A stretch of 64,000 bases of DNA from Spirochaetota bacterium (GTDB taxonomy: Bacteria > Spirochaetota > UBA4802 > UBA5550): NCBI GenBank assembly GCA_963663865.1, contig OY760686.1, positions 1,088,001 through 1,152,000 on the forward strand, given 5' to 3'. Shown here piece by piece: positions 19,026 to 30,019 of this stretch. The notes under the pieces are model-generated. The model saw only the letters and a program-made list of their open reading frames with translations. It had not been told where the DNA came from and made no database searches. How positions within the stretch are numbered: position 1 is the first letter of the stretch; each line of letters begins with the position of its first letter. Made by a program: the position numbers and the translations under genes.

Positions 19026-20234
19026 ATGAACGGAATTAAATACGAGAACGGAAAAATTGATGTGCCCGATAACCCAGTGGTGCTTTTCATTGAGGGAGAC
19101 GGTACAGGCCCTGACATCTGGAATGCCACAAGGATAGTTTTGGATGCTGCTGTCGAGAAAGCCTACGGCGGTAAGCGGAAGATTGAGTGGAAGGAGATCT
19201 TAGCTGGCGAAAAGGCATTCAACGAGACAGGCGAATGGCTTCCCGAACAGACCCTTTCGGATATCAAAAAGTACAAGGTAGCAATAAAGGGCCCGTTGAC
19301 CACGCCCGTTGGCGGAGGAATCAGAAGCATAAACGTTGCACTGCGTCAGCAGCTTAAGCTCTACGCCTGCGTCAGGCCGGTGAGGTATTTCACCGGAGTG
19401 CCCAGTCCGGTGAAAAGGCCCGAGAAGGTGGACATGGTAATCTACCGTGAGAACATGGAGGACCTCTACGCTGGAATAGAGTGGAAGGAGGGCACAGACG
19501 AGTGCTCCAGGGTGATTGATTTTCTCAACAGCACTATGGGCAGAAGTATTCCTGCTGATACAGGCATCGGAATAAAACCGATAAGCATCACGAACACAAA
19601 GAACCTGGTTCGCCAGGCTATTCGATACGCCATAGACAACAATAAAAAAAGCGTTACTCTCGTTCACAAGGGTAACATCATGAAGTTCACTGAGGGAGCT
19701 TTTAAGGAGTGGGGATATGAGCTGGCGAAGGAGGAGTTCAGCGATGTTACTATCACCGAGGCTGAGCTCTGGGACAATTTCGGAGGAAAGCAGCCCGAGG
19801 GCAAAATCGTAATCAAGGACAGAATCGCTGACGCGATGTTCCAGCAGGTCCTTCTAAGGCCTGACGAGTACGATGTACTCGCCACTCCTAATCTTAACGG
19901 AGATTACATATCCGACGCTCTCGCGGCACAGGTCGGAGGACTCGGCATGGCACCCGGAGCGAACATTGGAGACAGTGAGGCGGTCTTTGAGGCTACGCAC
20001 GGCACAGCGCCCAAGTATGCCGGACAGGACAAGGTCAACCCCGGTTCGCTTATTTTGTCGGGAGAAATGATGCTTCGATTTATGGGATGGACTGAGGCAG
20101 CCGACGGAATCATCCGCGCCCTTGAGAAGACCATCGATCAGAAGAGGGTGACCTACGACCTCGAAAGACAGATGGAGGGAGCAACCCTTCTGAAATGCTC
20201 CGAGTTCGGAAAGGCCGTGGCTGAGAATATTTAG
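19026..20234 (+). CDS. icd: Isocitrate dehydrogenase (E. coli-type dimeric)
   Basis: [48 protein letters not shown]; GAGGAG RBS. Confidence 0.97.
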   Translation: MNGIKYENGKIDVPDNPVVLFIEGDGTGPDIWNATRIVLDAAVEKAYGGKRKIEWKEILAGEKAFNETGEWLPEQTLSDIKKYKVAIKGPLTTPVGGGIRSINVALRQQLKLYACVRPVRYFTGVPSPVKRPEKVDMVIYRENMEDLYAGIEWKEGTDECSRVIDFLNSTMGRSIPADTGIGIKPISITNTKNLVRQAIRYAIDNNKKSVTLVHKGNIMKFTEGAFKEWGYELAKEEFSDVTITEAELWDNFGGKQPEGKIVIKDRIADAMFQQVLLRPDEYDVLATPNLNGDYISDALAAQVGGLGMAPGANIGDSEAVFEATHGTAPKYAGQDKVNPGSLILSGEMMLRFMGWTEAADGIIRALEKTIDQKRVTYDLERQMEGATLLKCSEFGKAVAENI

Positions 20235-20243
20235 TATCCCCAT

Positions 20244-20279
20244 CTGATACGGGCATGGAGGTCAGCATGCCCGTATCAG
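20244..20279 (+). terminator. Perfect 14-bp stem-loop after icd
   Basis: CTGATACGGGCATG-N8-CATGCCCGTATCAG. Confidence 0.65.
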
Positions 20280-20383
20280 TAAATAATGACCTGGCTAATC
20301 TCGAAGATCATAATTTGTTATGCCTTCTTCATTCAACTGCTCTCTTAATATAGCAGTCTTCGACCTCTGGCAACTCTATTAGT

Positions 20384-20430
20384 ACCCCTCAGTCTCTCTA
20401 TGCGTGCCAGCTCCCCTAAAAAAGTGAAAC
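20384..20430 (+). repeat. REP/CIR-like element
   Basis: ACCCCTCAGTC...GTGCCAGCTCCCCT; 22/26 identical to 21057-21083. Confidence 0.6.
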
Positions 20431-20488
20431 AGTTCGCAGGAACTCTTAGATGTAAAGCAGTTAGCGAAACCAGTGATAATAAAAGCTA

Positions 20489-20517
20489 TTGACAATTGAC
20501 AGTTGAATGGTTATTTT
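20489..20517 (+). promoter_or_regulatory. Putative sigma70 promoter of hicBA
   Basis: TTGACA-N17-TATTTT. Confidence 0.55.
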
Positions 20518-20556
20518 ACAGTAAAAATTCAATAATGATTTTATAAAGGTTTATCA

Positions 20557-20763
20557 ATGGAACAGGAAATTATCTTTTATATTGAAGATTCTCCAGAGGG
20601 GGGATATGAAGCAAGGGCCCTTGGTTATTCAATATTTACAGATGGCGACACCATGGATGTTGTAAAAGAAAACATCAGGGATGCAATAAAATGCCACTTT
20701 GAAGAAAATGTTCCGAAGATTATACGGCTTCACTATGTTAGGGATGAGGCAATAGCACTTTGA
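20557..20763 (+). CDS. hicB: Short HicB-like antitoxin
   Basis: EGGYEA.....IFT.GDT......NIRDAI pattern; coupled to hicA. Confidence 0.7.
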   Translation: MEQEIIFYIEDSPEGGYEARALGYSIFTDGDTMDVVKENIRDAIKCHFEENVPKIIRLHYVRDEAIAL

Positions 20764-21002
20764 AAATACCGAGAAACATTGATGCTGACCAGCTTATAAA
20801 AATGATCGGGTCTTTTGGGTATGTGCAGACAAGACAGAGCGGCAGTCATATCAGACTTACTACAATTGAGAATGGAATTCACCATGTAACTATTCCGAAT
20901 CATCGCCCAATCAGGGTGGGAACACTTAATGCGATCCTTCACGATATTGCTGAACATTTTGATTTAACAAAAGAAGAGTTGTTAAAGATACTTTTTGATT
21001 AA
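20760..21002 (+). CDS. hicA: HicA toxin (mRNA interferase)
   Basis: RQSGSHIRL, VTIPNH..I..GTL..IL. Confidence 0.85.
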   Translation: MKIPRNIDADQLIKMIGSFGYVQTRQSGSHIRLTTIENGIHHVTIPNHRPIRVGTLNAILHDIAEHFDLTKEELLKILFD

Positions 21003-21056
21003 TCGATAGATGATTTCATTGAAATATCAACTCTCGTGGTCACAGGCTGAGATGCC

Positions 21057-21170
21057 CCCCCTCAGTCACACTGCGCGTGCCAGTTTTCTAAGTATCCCCT
21101 TGGTCTGAGCCCAAAGACAATATCATCCCCTGTTCCAGGGGATGTGCCGGGCCTGCGAGGCGGAGGGGTA
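21057..21170. repeat. Inverted pair of REP/CIR-like elements
   Basis: CCCCTCAGTC...GTGCCAG forward at 21057; reverse-strand ACCCCTCCG...TCCCCTGGAACAGGGGA at 21126-21170. Confidence 0.55.
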
Positions 21171-21196
21171 GGAACATCGAGATAGTCAAGCCCCCC

Positions 21197-22147
21197 TCAA
21201 AAATTCGAGATTACTTCACAATCGCTGAGTCTTCCCAGAAACTCCTTCATGTGTTCCGGAAGGTCCGCTTTAAACTCGAGCATGGCACCTGACTCGGGGT
21301 GACGGAATGACAGGTAGACAGACGCGAGCAGCAGATATGGAACCCTGTGTTTCTCCCATTTCTTGGAGTATATGGGATCTCCCACAATGGGATTGCTTTC
21401 TGACGAGAGGTGAACCCTGATCTGGTGAGTCCGCCCGGTGTGAATTCTCACATCGAGAAGGCTGAAAATGCGTATTCCTGTGTTCCACATTTTAACAATA
21501 TCATATTCGGTCACTGCTTCTTTTCCCGATTCGGTTACGGTCATCTTGTGCCGGTAGACCCTGTGACGCCCGATAGGTGCGTCAATTATACCATGAGGCT
21601 CATGAGGGCGTCCGGTTACCACAGCAGCGTATTTTTTTACAACCTTCCTTGAAGCGAACTGTTCAACAAGCGATGAATGCGCAAGGTCGTTCTTGGCAAC
21701 CACCATGAGGCCCGAAGTGTCTCTGTCGAGTCTGTGCACAATCCCTGGTCTGAGGGCTCCGCCTATTCCTGAGAGGTTCTTGAGCCTGTAGAGCAGGCCG
21801 TTTACCATAGTTCCGTCCCAGTTTCCTGGCCCTGGATGCACTACAAGGCCTGGCTGCTTGTTTATTACAGCGATAAAGTCGTCCTCGTAGATGATTTCGA
21901 GCGGAATATCTTCAGGAGTAACATCTATCTCTTCAGGCTCCGGTATGTTCACAGAAATAGAGTCGTCCGTTTTAGCCTTGTAGTTGGCCCTGACGGTTTC
22001 CCCATTGACGCGGATATCCCCCGTTTTAATCAGCTTCTGGATATAGCTTCTCGACATGTCAATTTCGAGAAGTTGAGTAATTACCCTGTCGATTCTCTCA
22101 AGGTGATAGTCGTCGGGTACTGTAAGTTCAAGCAGTGTGTTTTCCAT
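21197..22147 (-). CDS. rluD: 23S rRNA pseudouridine synthase (S4 + RluA domain)
   Basis: NKQPGLVVHP, VHRLDRDTSG, TGRTHQIRVH, GDPIY. Confidence 0.9.
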   Translation of the reverse strand: MENTLLELTVPDDYHLERIDRVITQLLEIDMSRSYIQKLIKTGDIRVNGETVRANYKAKTDDSISVNIPEPEEIDVTPEDIPLEIIYEDDFIAVINKQPGLVVHPGPGNWDGTMVNGLLYRLKNLSGIGGALRPGIVHRLDRDTSGLMVVAKNDLAHSSLVEQFASRKVVKKYAAVVTGRPHEPHGIIDAPIGRHRVYRHKMTVTESGKEAVTEYDIVKMWNTGIRIFSLLDVRIHTGRTHQIRVHLSSESNPIVGDPIYSKKWEKHRVPYLLLASVYLSFRHPESGAMLEFKADLPEHMKEFLGRLSDCEVISNF

Positions 22148-22262
22148 TTTAGTTATCTTTATTTTTATTTCCCGGGGATGAGGCCTGCTGAAAGAGGGAT
22201 TCTGTCACTGTTTCACGAAAAGTTATTATTGACAAGAAATAATTGCCGCGAAGAATAGAGGC

Positions 22263-22682
22263 ATGACAGTCAACACTTCATTTCTCAGAATACAGCTTCG
22301 CAGGCTTGCCGGATTGGCGCCCGGATTCCTGCCCTATATCTCAACGCTGTACTATTTTGAAATATTCTACCTCTCGTCGGCCCTCCTCATCCTCTATGGC
22401 AAGTCTGCCGCGCTGACGGCCGGTATACTGCTTACACTTCTGTATTCAGTACAGATCATACGGCTCGCGATGAGGAGGAACAGAGCCAGAAAGCTGCAGC
22501 TTCTGATAATGGACATTCATGCTGCTGCCGGCATTGTTTTTGTGGCAAACTACTTCCTGCTTCCGGATACTTCAGGCGCAGTGTCCCTTGCCGCGTTCAT
22601 AATCAGGGCTTTAATCGTAGCAGTCGAGCTGCCTCTTATTGCTGTTCTTACCAGCGATGATGTTGTGAAAAACTATTCATGA
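22263..22682 (+). CDS. Hypothetical 4-TM membrane protein
   Basis: Hydrophobic ORF with GAGG RBS. Confidence 0.65.
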   Translation: MTVNTSFLRIQLRRLAGLAPGFLPYISTLYYFEIFYLSSALLILYGKSAALTAGILLTLLYSVQIIRLAMRRNRARKLQLLIMDIHAAAGIVFVANYFLLPDTSGAVSLAAFIIRALIVAVELPLIAVLTSDDVVKNYS

Positions 22683-22700
22683 TTATCCCTCAAAAACAAG

Positions 22701-22736
22701 TTGACTTTTTATTGTATTTGGCTATTATGGAAAATA
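22701..22736 (+). promoter_or_regulatory. arsR promoter with overlapping putative ArsR operator
   Basis: TTGACT-N16-TATTAT; imperfect palindrome TATTT-N12-AAATA at 22715-22736. Confidence 0.55.
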
Positions 22737-23074
22737 TGAAAGCATATAATACAGAGATGAACAGGCTGACCTCTGAAGTCCTGAAGGCCATATCTCACCC
22801 CACGAGACTTTTAATAGTCAAACTGCTGTCCGAGGGAGACCTGTGCGTCTGCGAGATTCAGAAGTACGCGGGATCACATATCTCCACTGTATCCAAGCAT
22901 TTGAGTATTCTGAAAAATGCCGGGCTTGTGAGCGATAAAAAGAATCACGACAATACCATCACATATAGTTTAAAGGTCAGCTGTCTGATGGATTTCATCG
23001 GGTGTATTGAGAACATAATTGAAAACAGGATCGGCGAGTCAGTTGAGGCGGTGAGGTCTTGCAGGGTATGCTGA
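22736..23074 (+). CDS. arsR: ArsR/SmtB repressor
   Basis: KAISHPTRL, DLCVCEI As(III)-binding box, SKHLSILK.AGLV; start uncertain. Confidence 0.9.
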   Translation: MKAYNTEMNRLTSEVLKAISHPTRLLIVKLLSEGDLCVCEIQKYAGSHISTVSKHLSILKNAGLVSDKKNHDNTITYSLKVSCLMDFIGCIENIIENRIGESVEAVRSCRVC

Positions 23075-23087
23075 TTTTTTTAGCCGG

Positions 23088-23109
23088 TATTTTCGTAAAA
23101 GGCAAAATA
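23088..23109. promoter_or_regulatory. Second putative ArsR operator
   Basis: TATTT-N12-AAATA, same architecture as 22715-22736. Confidence 0.4.
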
Positions 23110-23261
23110 GCAAAATAACAGTCATGCCTGTATCCCGGCTAATGGATTGAAAATGATAAGATGCAGGTCCTGTTCGGGTTTGAACGCTTATTTTCAACAC
23201 ACTGCGGGTTCGCGATAGCTGAAATATAAGCGAATTGATTGAATAATATATGGAGCACAAA

Positions 23262-24557
23262 ATGTGGAAAGATGAATGGAAGCCTCTGCTCGTTTTGGGA
23301 GCGGTATTTCTTTTATTGTACAATCTGCCGGTAGGCAGCGCGAGATTTGACAGCTCACTGTTTGAAGCACTGGAGCTTGTAAAATGGTACGCGAGGGAGC
23401 ATGTTCTTCTATGCCTTGTCCCGGCTTTTTTTATTGCGGGAGGCATATCGGTTTTCTTGAGCCAGGAGTCGGTGATAAAGTATCTGGGGGCCGGAGCGAA
23501 CAGATACATAGCCTACGGGGTTTCCTCGGTTTCGGGGACTATTCTTGCTGTATGTTCGTGTACAGTGCTCCCTCTGTTCGCCGGAATTTACAGGAGGGGA
23601 GCGGGCATAGGCCCGGCCAGCGCTTTTCTGTACTCGGGACCGGCTATAAACATTCTCGCTATAATCATGACCGCCAGGGTGCTCGGCTTTGAGCTTGGGG
23701 CCGCAAGGGCCGCAGGAGCTGTACTTTTCAGTATCGCTATAGGGCTTTCAATGAGCCTGATCTTCCGAAAAGAAGAAAAACAGCAGGCAGCAAAATCTGT
23801 TGTAGCAGGAGACTCTGAGCAGGGAAGGCCGTTGAAACAGACCGCAATATTCTTCTTTCTCATGATACTTATTCTCGTAGCAGCAAATTTCAGCCCGGCC
23901 GATGAGACCGGAGTTGTCTGGAGCTTTCTCTATTCCTATAAGTGGATTATTACATCTGCGGCGGCGGCAGCCTTTGCGGTTGTTCTTGTTCTGTGGTACG
24001 GCCTTTCGCCGTTCAAAGTAGCCCTTGCTTCGCTGCCTCCGCTTGCTCTTGGAGTTATTTTCCCGGAAGAGCCTTTGTTCGCGTTTACATCGGCGGTGCT
24101 GGTACTCTCGGTGATAATAAGCACCGATAAAGCAGAGGCGGGCGAGTGGTTCAGTTCGTCGTGGGGGTTCGCGAAGCAGATAATCCCGCTGCTCTTCGCG
24201 GGGGTTTTTGTGGCAGGAATTCTGCTGGGGAGGCCGGGCAATGAAGGGCTCATTCCGTCGGACTGGATAAACGCTGCTGTCGGGGGCAATTCAATCATGT
24301 CAAATCTATTTGCCTCGGTATCAGGGGCATTCATGTACTTTGCCACTCTTACTGAGATTCCAATAATGCAGGGACTCATCGGAAGCGGAATGGGCAAGGG
24401 CCCGGCGCTCGCTCTTCTACTTGCCGGTCCGGCTTTGTCGCTCCCGAGCATACTTGTCCTGAAGGGAATAATGGGAACTAAAAAGACAGTGGTTTACCTT
24501 ATTCTGGTAATAGTATTTTCAACAGTTACGGGCTGGATTTACGGCTCGCTATTTTAA
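23262..24557 (+). CDS. ArsP/DUF318-family permease
   Basis: LAVCSCTVLPLF, FLYSGPAIN, MYFATLTEIP, LLLAGPALSLP. Confidence 0.85.
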   Translation: MWKDEWKPLLVLGAVFLLLYNLPVGSARFDSSLFEALELVKWYAREHVLLCLVPAFFIAGGISVFLSQESVIKYLGAGANRYIAYGVSSVSGTILAVCSCTVLPLFAGIYRRGAGIGPASAFLYSGPAINILAIIMTARVLGFELGAARAAGAVLFSIAIGLSMSLIFRKEEKQQAAKSVVAGDSEQGRPLKQTAIFFFLMILILVAANFSPADETGVVWSFLYSYKWIITSAAAAAFAVVLVLWYGLSPFKVALASLPPLALGVIFPEEPLFAFTSAVLVLSVIISTDKAEAGEWFSSSWGFAKQIIPLLFAGVFVAGILLGRPGNEGLIPSDWINAAVGGNSIMSNLFASVSGAFMYFATLTEIPIMQGLIGSGMGKGPALALLLAGPALSLPSILVLKGIMGTKKTVVYLILVIVFSTVTGWIYGSLF

Positions 24558-24574
24558 TCATAGAGGTGGATATC

Positions 24575-24808
24575 ATGAAAATTCAGGTTCTGGGCACGGG
24601 CTGCCCTAAGTGCAAAAAGCTTGAGGAGAACGCGCGTAAAGCGGTTGAGGAGCTTTCCCTTGATGCGGAAATAGTCAAAGTAACATCGATTCAGGAAATT
24701 ATGGACTTCGGTGTAATGATGACACCCGCTCTCGCGATTGACGGGGAAGTGAAGTTTGCCGGTAAGGTCCCGGGTGTGGATGATTTAAAAAAGATCATAG
24801 GAGGTTGA
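24575..24808 (+). CDS. Small redox-active thioredoxin-like protein
   Basis: GTGCPKC, GVMMTPALAIDG. Confidence 0.9.
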   Translation: MKIQVLGTGCPKCKKLEENARKAVEELSLDAEIVKVTSIQEIMDFGVMMTPALAIDGEVKFAGKVPGVDDLKKIIGG

Positions 24809-24812
24809 TGAA

Positions 24813-25190
24813 ATGGCTGATTGTGCATGCGGAGGGGCACCGCGTATAGTATATTCCTGCTCAGGGGCGTCAGATGTAGGTGAGCTGAGCGACAGAGTGG
24901 CGAGGTTGCTCAGAGATTCGGGAAAGTGCCGTATGTCATGCCTTGCGGCTGTCGGGGCTGGACTGTCGGGTTATGTCCAGTCAGCTGCAGCAGCCGATAT
25001 CAACATCATCATAGACGGGTGCGTGGTTGGGTGCGGCAGGAAAATATTTGAAAATATTGAAGGACCAAAAAGATATTTTGTTCTGACAGAAATGGGATAC
25101 GTAAAGGGGGCTACACCGGTGTCTGATAAGACGGCAGAGGAGATTTTAGGAACAATTGTGTCTGAAGGTTTTGATACACAGTGTTGTTGA
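24813..25190 (+). CDS. DGC-domain Cys-rich (putative Zn-binding) protein
   Basis: YSCSGAS.VG, MSCLA, IDGC...C. Confidence 0.85.
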   Translation: MADCACGGAPRIVYSCSGASDVGELSDRVARLLRDSGKCRMSCLAAVGAGLSGYVQSAAAADINIIIDGCVVGCGRKIFENIEGPKRYFVLTEMGYVKGATPVSDKTAEEILGTIVSEGFDTQCC

Positions 25191-25261
25191 TATAATCGTA
25201 ACAGTAAGTTAGTAATCAGCCCTTCTCGGGCTGTCAATAATAATGAATTGAGGAGAATTAT

Positions 25262-25720
25262 ATGTTTTTTCCCGGGAAAGCAGTTTTAACTTTATTTTCT
25301 ATTATGGTGGCAATATCAGTTGCTGGATGTAAAAATGAAGACGCAACAGCCCGCAAAGATTCAAAAGCAGTCGGTGAAACATTAAGTAGTGAAGTTTCGT
25401 CAGCGACAGGCAATGCAGGAGAGCAACAAAAGCAGAATAAAGTAACCTTCCTTGAGTTCGGTTCCGTCAATTGCATTCCGTGCAAGATGATGAAGCCTGT
25501 AATGGAGAAGGTTGAGAATACATATCCTGACAGGGTAAAAGTCGTGTTTCACGACGTATGGACTCCTGATGGAAGGGACCTGGGCAGCGCGTACGGCGTA
25601 AGAATGATTCCAACTCAGGTGTTTCTGGACAGTGAAGGAAAGGAATTTTTCAGGCACGAAGGCTATCTTCCCTTTGAACAGGCTGATAAGATTTTACGGA
25701 GTCATGGAGTCGGAAAATGA
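25262..25720 (+). CDS. Lipoprotein thioredoxin
   Basis: Lipobox VAGC, CIPC active site, cis-Pro motif IPTQ. Confidence 0.85.
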   Translation: MFFPGKAVLTLFSIMVAISVAGCKNEDATARKDSKAVGETLSSEVSSATGNAGEQQKQNKVTFLEFGSVNCIPCKMMKPVMEKVENTYPDRVKVVFHDVWTPDGRDLGSAYGVRMIPTQVFLDSEGKEFFRHEGYLPFEQADKILRSHGVGK

Positions 25721-26421
25721 TGTCTGAACTCTTCGAAGGCCTCTCCGCCATGCTGAGTTCCTCCCCGGGCATTGCCGTTGTTGCTTCGTTTTTGTGGGGT
25801 GTGGCAAGTATTATTTTTTCACCTTGCCACCTGGCGAGCATTCCACTGGTTGTAGGCTACATAGACTCGCAGGGCGGCATGAATACCTCAAGGGCTGCCC
25901 TGGTTTCTACCCTGTTTTCCGGAGGCATACTGATAACAATCGCGGCAATAGGAGTTATTACCGGGCTTGCTGGAAGAATGATGGGCGATATCGGTATTTA
26001 CGGGAATGCCGCGGTTGCGGCTATTATGCTTATTTTCGGACTCTACCTTCTCGGGGTAATGCCGATACCGTTTCTGTCAAAAGGCTTTAACACTCCTGGA
26101 ATAAAGCGTAAAGGTCTTTTTGCAGCATTTGTTCTGGGGCTGTTTTTCGGTATTGCGCTTGGACCATGTACGTTCGCGTTTATGGCTCCAATGCTGGGTG
26201 TTGCGTTCGCGGTTGCTTCAGACAACTTACTGTACTCATCGGCGTTGATTGCAGCTTATGCTCTGGGCCATTGCATCATAATTGTACTGGCGGGCTCGTT
26301 CTCTCAGACGGTTCAGCGCGTTTTGAACTGGAATGAAAAATCAAAGGGACTTCTTTACATGAAAAGAGTGTGCGGTTTGCTCGTCATTGCAGCCGGTGTC
26401 TATATGCTTATTAAACTTTAA
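25717..26421 (+). CDS. ccdA: CcdA/DsbD-type transmembrane electron transporter
   Basis: FSPCH and GPCT motifs; about 6 TM helices. Confidence 0.85.
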   Translation: MMSELFEGLSAMLSSSPGIAVVASFLWGVASIIFSPCHLASIPLVVGYIDSQGGMNTSRAALVSTLFSGGILITIAAIGVITGLAGRMMGDIGIYGNAAVAAIMLIFGLYLLGVMPIPFLSKGFNTPGIKRKGLFAAFVLGLFFGIALGPCTFAFMAPMLGVAFAVASDNLLYSSALIAAYALGHCIIIVLAGSFSQTVQRVLNWNEKSKGLLYMKRVCGLLVIAAGVYMLIKL

Positions 26422-26433
26422 CAGGTTATTTGT

Positions 26434-27489
26434 ATGATATGTTGTGATGAAAAAAAACTAACATTCGCCGACAGATTCCTGTCTGTCTGGATACTGCTTG
26501 CCATGATGGCTGGTGTCCTCATGGGATATTTTGTTCCTTCATCGGTAAATTTCTGGAACAGCTTTAACTATGGAACAACGAATATTCCTATAGCAATCGG
26601 CCTGATTCTAATGATGTACCCGCCTCTGGCCAAAGTTAAATACGAAAACCTCCCGGCAGTTTTTAAAAACTGGAGGGTCCTTTTGCTGTCGCTGCTTCAG
26701 AACTGGATAATTGGGCCTTTGCTCATGTTTGCTCTCGCAGTTTTGTTTCTTGCCGATTATCCTCACTATATGACGGGTCTCATAATGATCGGTATTGCCC
26801 GCTGCATTGCAATGGTTATCGTGTGGAATGACCTGGCCGGAGGAGACAGCGAGTACGCGGCGGGACTTGTCGCCTTTAACAGCATTTTTCAGATACTCTT
26901 CTACAGCCTGTATGCCTGGATATTTGCGGCTTATATTCCTGAGCTTCTGGGGCTGGAAGGCGCGGTTGTAGGCATAGGCATGGCCGATGTTGCCGGGAGC
27001 GTTCTGATATATCTTGGAATCCCGTTTTTCGGAGGGATGCTGAGCCGCTGCTTCCTGATAAAATATCGGGGAGAAGAATGGTACAACGGCAAGTTTATTC
27101 CTGCGGTCAGCCCGGTAACACTCGCGGCCCTTCTATTCACCATACTTGTTATGTTCAGCCTGAAGGGTGAATTTATCGTAAAGATTCCTTTTGATGTCCT
27201 TCGAATTGCTGTACCGCTTATGTTCTACTTCGTTATCATGTTTCTTATGAGCTTTTACACTGGCAGGAAGGCCGGAGCGGACTATCCCGTAACCACTTCG
27301 CTTGCTTTTACCGCTGCAAGCAACAACTTTGAACTGGCGATTGCCGTTTCAATTGCGGTGTTTGGAATAAACTCAGGAGAAGCATTCGCGGCGGTAATAG
27401 GCCCGCTTGTTGAAGTGCCGGTGCTTCTGGCCCTTGTTTACGCTGCGAGATTTTTTCAGAAAAAATATTTCGGAGACGGAAAGAAATGA
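26434..27489 (+). CDS. acr3: Acr3 arsenite efflux transporter
   Basis: [32 protein letters not shown]. Confidence 0.95.
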   Translation: MICCDEKKLTFADRFLSVWILLAMMAGVLMGYFVPSSVNFWNSFNYGTTNIPIAIGLILMMYPPLAKVKYENLPAVFKNWRVLLLSLLQNWIIGPLLMFALAVLFLADYPHYMTGLIMIGIARCIAMVIVWNDLAGGDSEYAAGLVAFNSIFQILFYSLYAWIFAAYIPELLGLEGAVVGIGMADVAGSVLIYLGIPFFGGMLSRCFLIKYRGEEWYNGKFIPAVSPVTLAALLFTILVMFSLKGEFIVKIPFDVLRIAVPLMFYFVIMFLMSFYTGRKAGADYPVTTSLAFTAASNNFELAIAVSIAVFGINSGEAFAAVIGPLVEVPVLLALVYAARFFQKKYFGDGKK

Positions 27490-29132
27490 GAATCGTAATT
27501 ATCGGAGCTGTAGCTGCAGGGACATCAGTCGCGGCTAAGGCAAGACGTAACTCGGAGGATGCAGAGATTGTTATCTATGAGAAAGACAGCGATATATCCT
27601 ATTCTGTCTGCGGTCTTCCGTATTATATCGGAACCGATATTGAGCGCGCAAAGCTGACCCCCAGAGATCCAGCCTGGTTTAAAAAACGCTACAACATTGA
27701 CATCAAAAACCGTTATGAGGTAGTCGATGTCGATATCAAAAAAAAGACCGTTACAGTCCATGACATCGCCGGTGACAGGGTTTTTAGCGACAGCTATGAC
27801 AGGCTTGTCTTCTGTACCGGAGCCAGACCGGTAATTCCCGGGATACCTGGAACAGATCTCGAGTTTGTCTTCACCCTCAGAAACGTTCGCGACGCTGACA
27901 GGATTAAAGACTTCATTTCGAAAAAGAAAGTCAGCACGGCCCTGGTAGCGGGCTCTGGATTCATCGGACTTGAAATGGCGGAGGCCCTCGCCGGAACTGG
28001 CATAGAGGTTTCTGTTATTGAGAAAGCGTCGTCGATACTTCCGGCTATGGACGGTGACATGTCCGTCTACATTGAGGAATACCTGCGGGGCAGGGGGATA
28101 ATGACCTTCAAAGACGATTATATAACCTCAATAGAAAAGACAGGCCTGTGCCGCACCGCGTCAGGAAAGGAGCACAGAGCTGATCTCATCATAATTTCAG
28201 CGGGAGCACGGCCTGAGACATCGCTTGCCGTTAAGTCCCGCATTGAGACGGCGTCCAACGGTGCTATCATAACCGATGAGTACATGGAAACATCGGTAAA
28301 AGGTGTTTATGCTGCCGGGGACTGCGCTATGACCAGGTCGCTTATCACCGGCGAATATCTTTACCGTCCACTGGGTTCAACAGCGAATAAGACTGGCAGA
28401 ATCTGCGGTGACGCCATGACAGGAGGCCCTTTGAGCTTCAGAGGAATTCTCGGAACAGGTATTGTAAGAATCTTTGACAGGACAGCTGCGATGACCGGCC
28501 TGACCGAGAGAGATGCACGAGAGGCTGGTTTTGTGCCGGAGGTGATTCACAATATAAAACCGGACAGGTCCGAGTATATGCCCGGCAGCAGCCAGATGGT
28601 GATCAAGGCGGTAGCAGACAGGAAGACCGGGCGCATTCTCGGCGCGCAGATTTTCGGTGCTGACGGAGTGGATAAGCGTATTGATGTGTTTGCAACTGCC
28701 ATAACGTTTAAGGCAAAGGCTGAAGACCTGTTTCACCTCGACTTGGCTTACGCGCCGCCCTATTCAACGACAAAGGACCCGGTTATGTATACCGGGATGA
28801 TTCTTGACAACGCGATTAACAGGGGCAGAAGTCTTATTACGCCCGCAGAGCTTAGGCGGCGCGTCGGTGCCGGAGATCTTATTCAGATTATTGATGTAAG
28901 AAGCCCGGCGGATTACGCCAGGGGGCATATTCCGGGCGCGGTCAATATTCCTCTCAGCGAAATAAGGGACAGGCTTGATGAGATCAGCCGGGAGCACCCG
29001 GTTGTGACTCACTGCAACAAGGGAGTATCCGGAAACGCGGCACAGAACATTCTGATTCTTAAGGGTTACAGCGAGGTTTATAACCTCTCAGGAGGATACA
29101 AGAATTATGCTGCCGGCATCGGCCTGAGCTAA
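27486..29132 (+). CDS. CoA-disulfide reductase-like flavoprotein with C-terminal rhodanese domain
   Basis: [33 protein letters not shown]; IDVR...GHIPGA...HCNKG. Confidence 0.9.
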   Translation: MRIVIIGAVAAGTSVAAKARRNSEDAEIVIYEKDSDISYSVCGLPYYIGTDIERAKLTPRDPAWFKKRYNIDIKNRYEVVDVDIKKKTVTVHDIAGDRVFSDSYDRLVFCTGARPVIPGIPGTDLEFVFTLRNVRDADRIKDFISKKKVSTALVAGSGFIGLEMAEALAGTGIEVSVIEKASSILPAMDGDMSVYIEEYLRGRGIMTFKDDYITSIEKTGLCRTASGKEHRADLIIISAGARPETSLAVKSRIETASNGAIITDEYMETSVKGVYAAGDCAMTRSLITGEYLYRPLGSTANKTGRICGDAMTGGPLSFRGILGTGIVRIFDRTAAMTGLTERDAREAGFVPEVIHNIKPDRSEYMPGSSQMVIKAVADRKTGRILGAQIFGADGVDKRIDVFATAITFKAKAEDLFHLDLAYAPPYSTTKDPVMYTGMILDNAINRGRSLITPAELRRRVGAGDLIQIIDVRSPADYARGHIPGAVNIPLSEIRDRLDEISREHPVVTHCNKGVSGNAAQNILILKGYSEVYNLSGGYKNYAAGIGLS

Positions 29133-29356
29133 GATTGACGGGAAATCTTTTTTGGAGGGGGGATAATGACGTTCCGCGGGTGAATATTCGCCCCTGACGA
29201 AAAATGAATTGAAATTAACAGGCAATTTGAGTTTATAATCAGCCCTGAGGATGGCCTGCGCGAAAATGTTCATTCAGCTTTTTGAAATGTCCGCGGGCTT
29301 TGCCGAAATAAGCTGCCGGTTCTAACAGAACCTGTCGGCAGTAAAAGGAGATTGCT

Positions 29357-30019
29357 ATGCTTTGTAAAAAAATACCGGCAGCGGCATTTGCCGTTATACT
29401 GTTTTTGTCGTGCGCGACTGCCGTGAAGAATCAGCAGGGTGACGAGGTTTCATTCATAAGCGTGGGAGGTTACGCCGGCTCAATACCCCACAGCGAAATT
29501 GCCGATCTTGTCGGATACAGCGTTAATCTGCCTGAAAGGCTTGGAGCCGGATTTTTCATCGCAAACCGCTCAATCGGGGCGGGGCTTTCAGTTCCGGTAA
29601 ATGATAGTGACGCGGCCAGGCTGAGCCCTGTTCTTGAGAAGGCCGTGTTGAACAAAGCCGCATTCAATGAGCTTGCACAGTACAGACCGTACAGGTCATA
29701 CGGCGCGTTCTATTCATCGCGGGGCCGAAGCGGAAACGCGATCGTTGTAGGAACAATGCCGGAAGGGTTCTACGAGGCTGTTGAGGAACGCCCTCTCAAA
29801 GAGAATGCGGCCGGATCAGGAATAAAAATAAGCGGTATTTATATCGACGGTATAAGCGCAGATCTTATTGAGTATCCGGCCGAGTCGAAGCAGCCGCTCT
29901 GTCTCGCGTGGAAAATGAACGGTACGGCATTCATGCTTTTCGGCCTTGAGGGAACGGCGCTTACCCTCAGGGAGGCATCGGACGCCGCCCGTGATGTTAT
30001 AAGGGCCAACCGCCGTTAA
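29357..30019 (+). CDS. Putative lipoprotein
   Basis: AGGAG RBS, lipobox FLSC. Confidence 0.7.
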   Translation: MLCKKIPAAAFAVILFLSCATAVKNQQGDEVSFISVGGYAGSIPHSEIADLVGYSVNLPERLGAGFFIANRSIGAGLSVPVNDSDAARLSPVLEKAVLNKAAFNELAQYRPYRSYGAFYSSRGRSGNAIVVGTMPEGFYEAVEERPLKENAAGSGIKISGIYIDGISADLIEYPAESKQPLCLAWKMNGTAFMLFGLEGTALTLREASDAARDVIRANRR

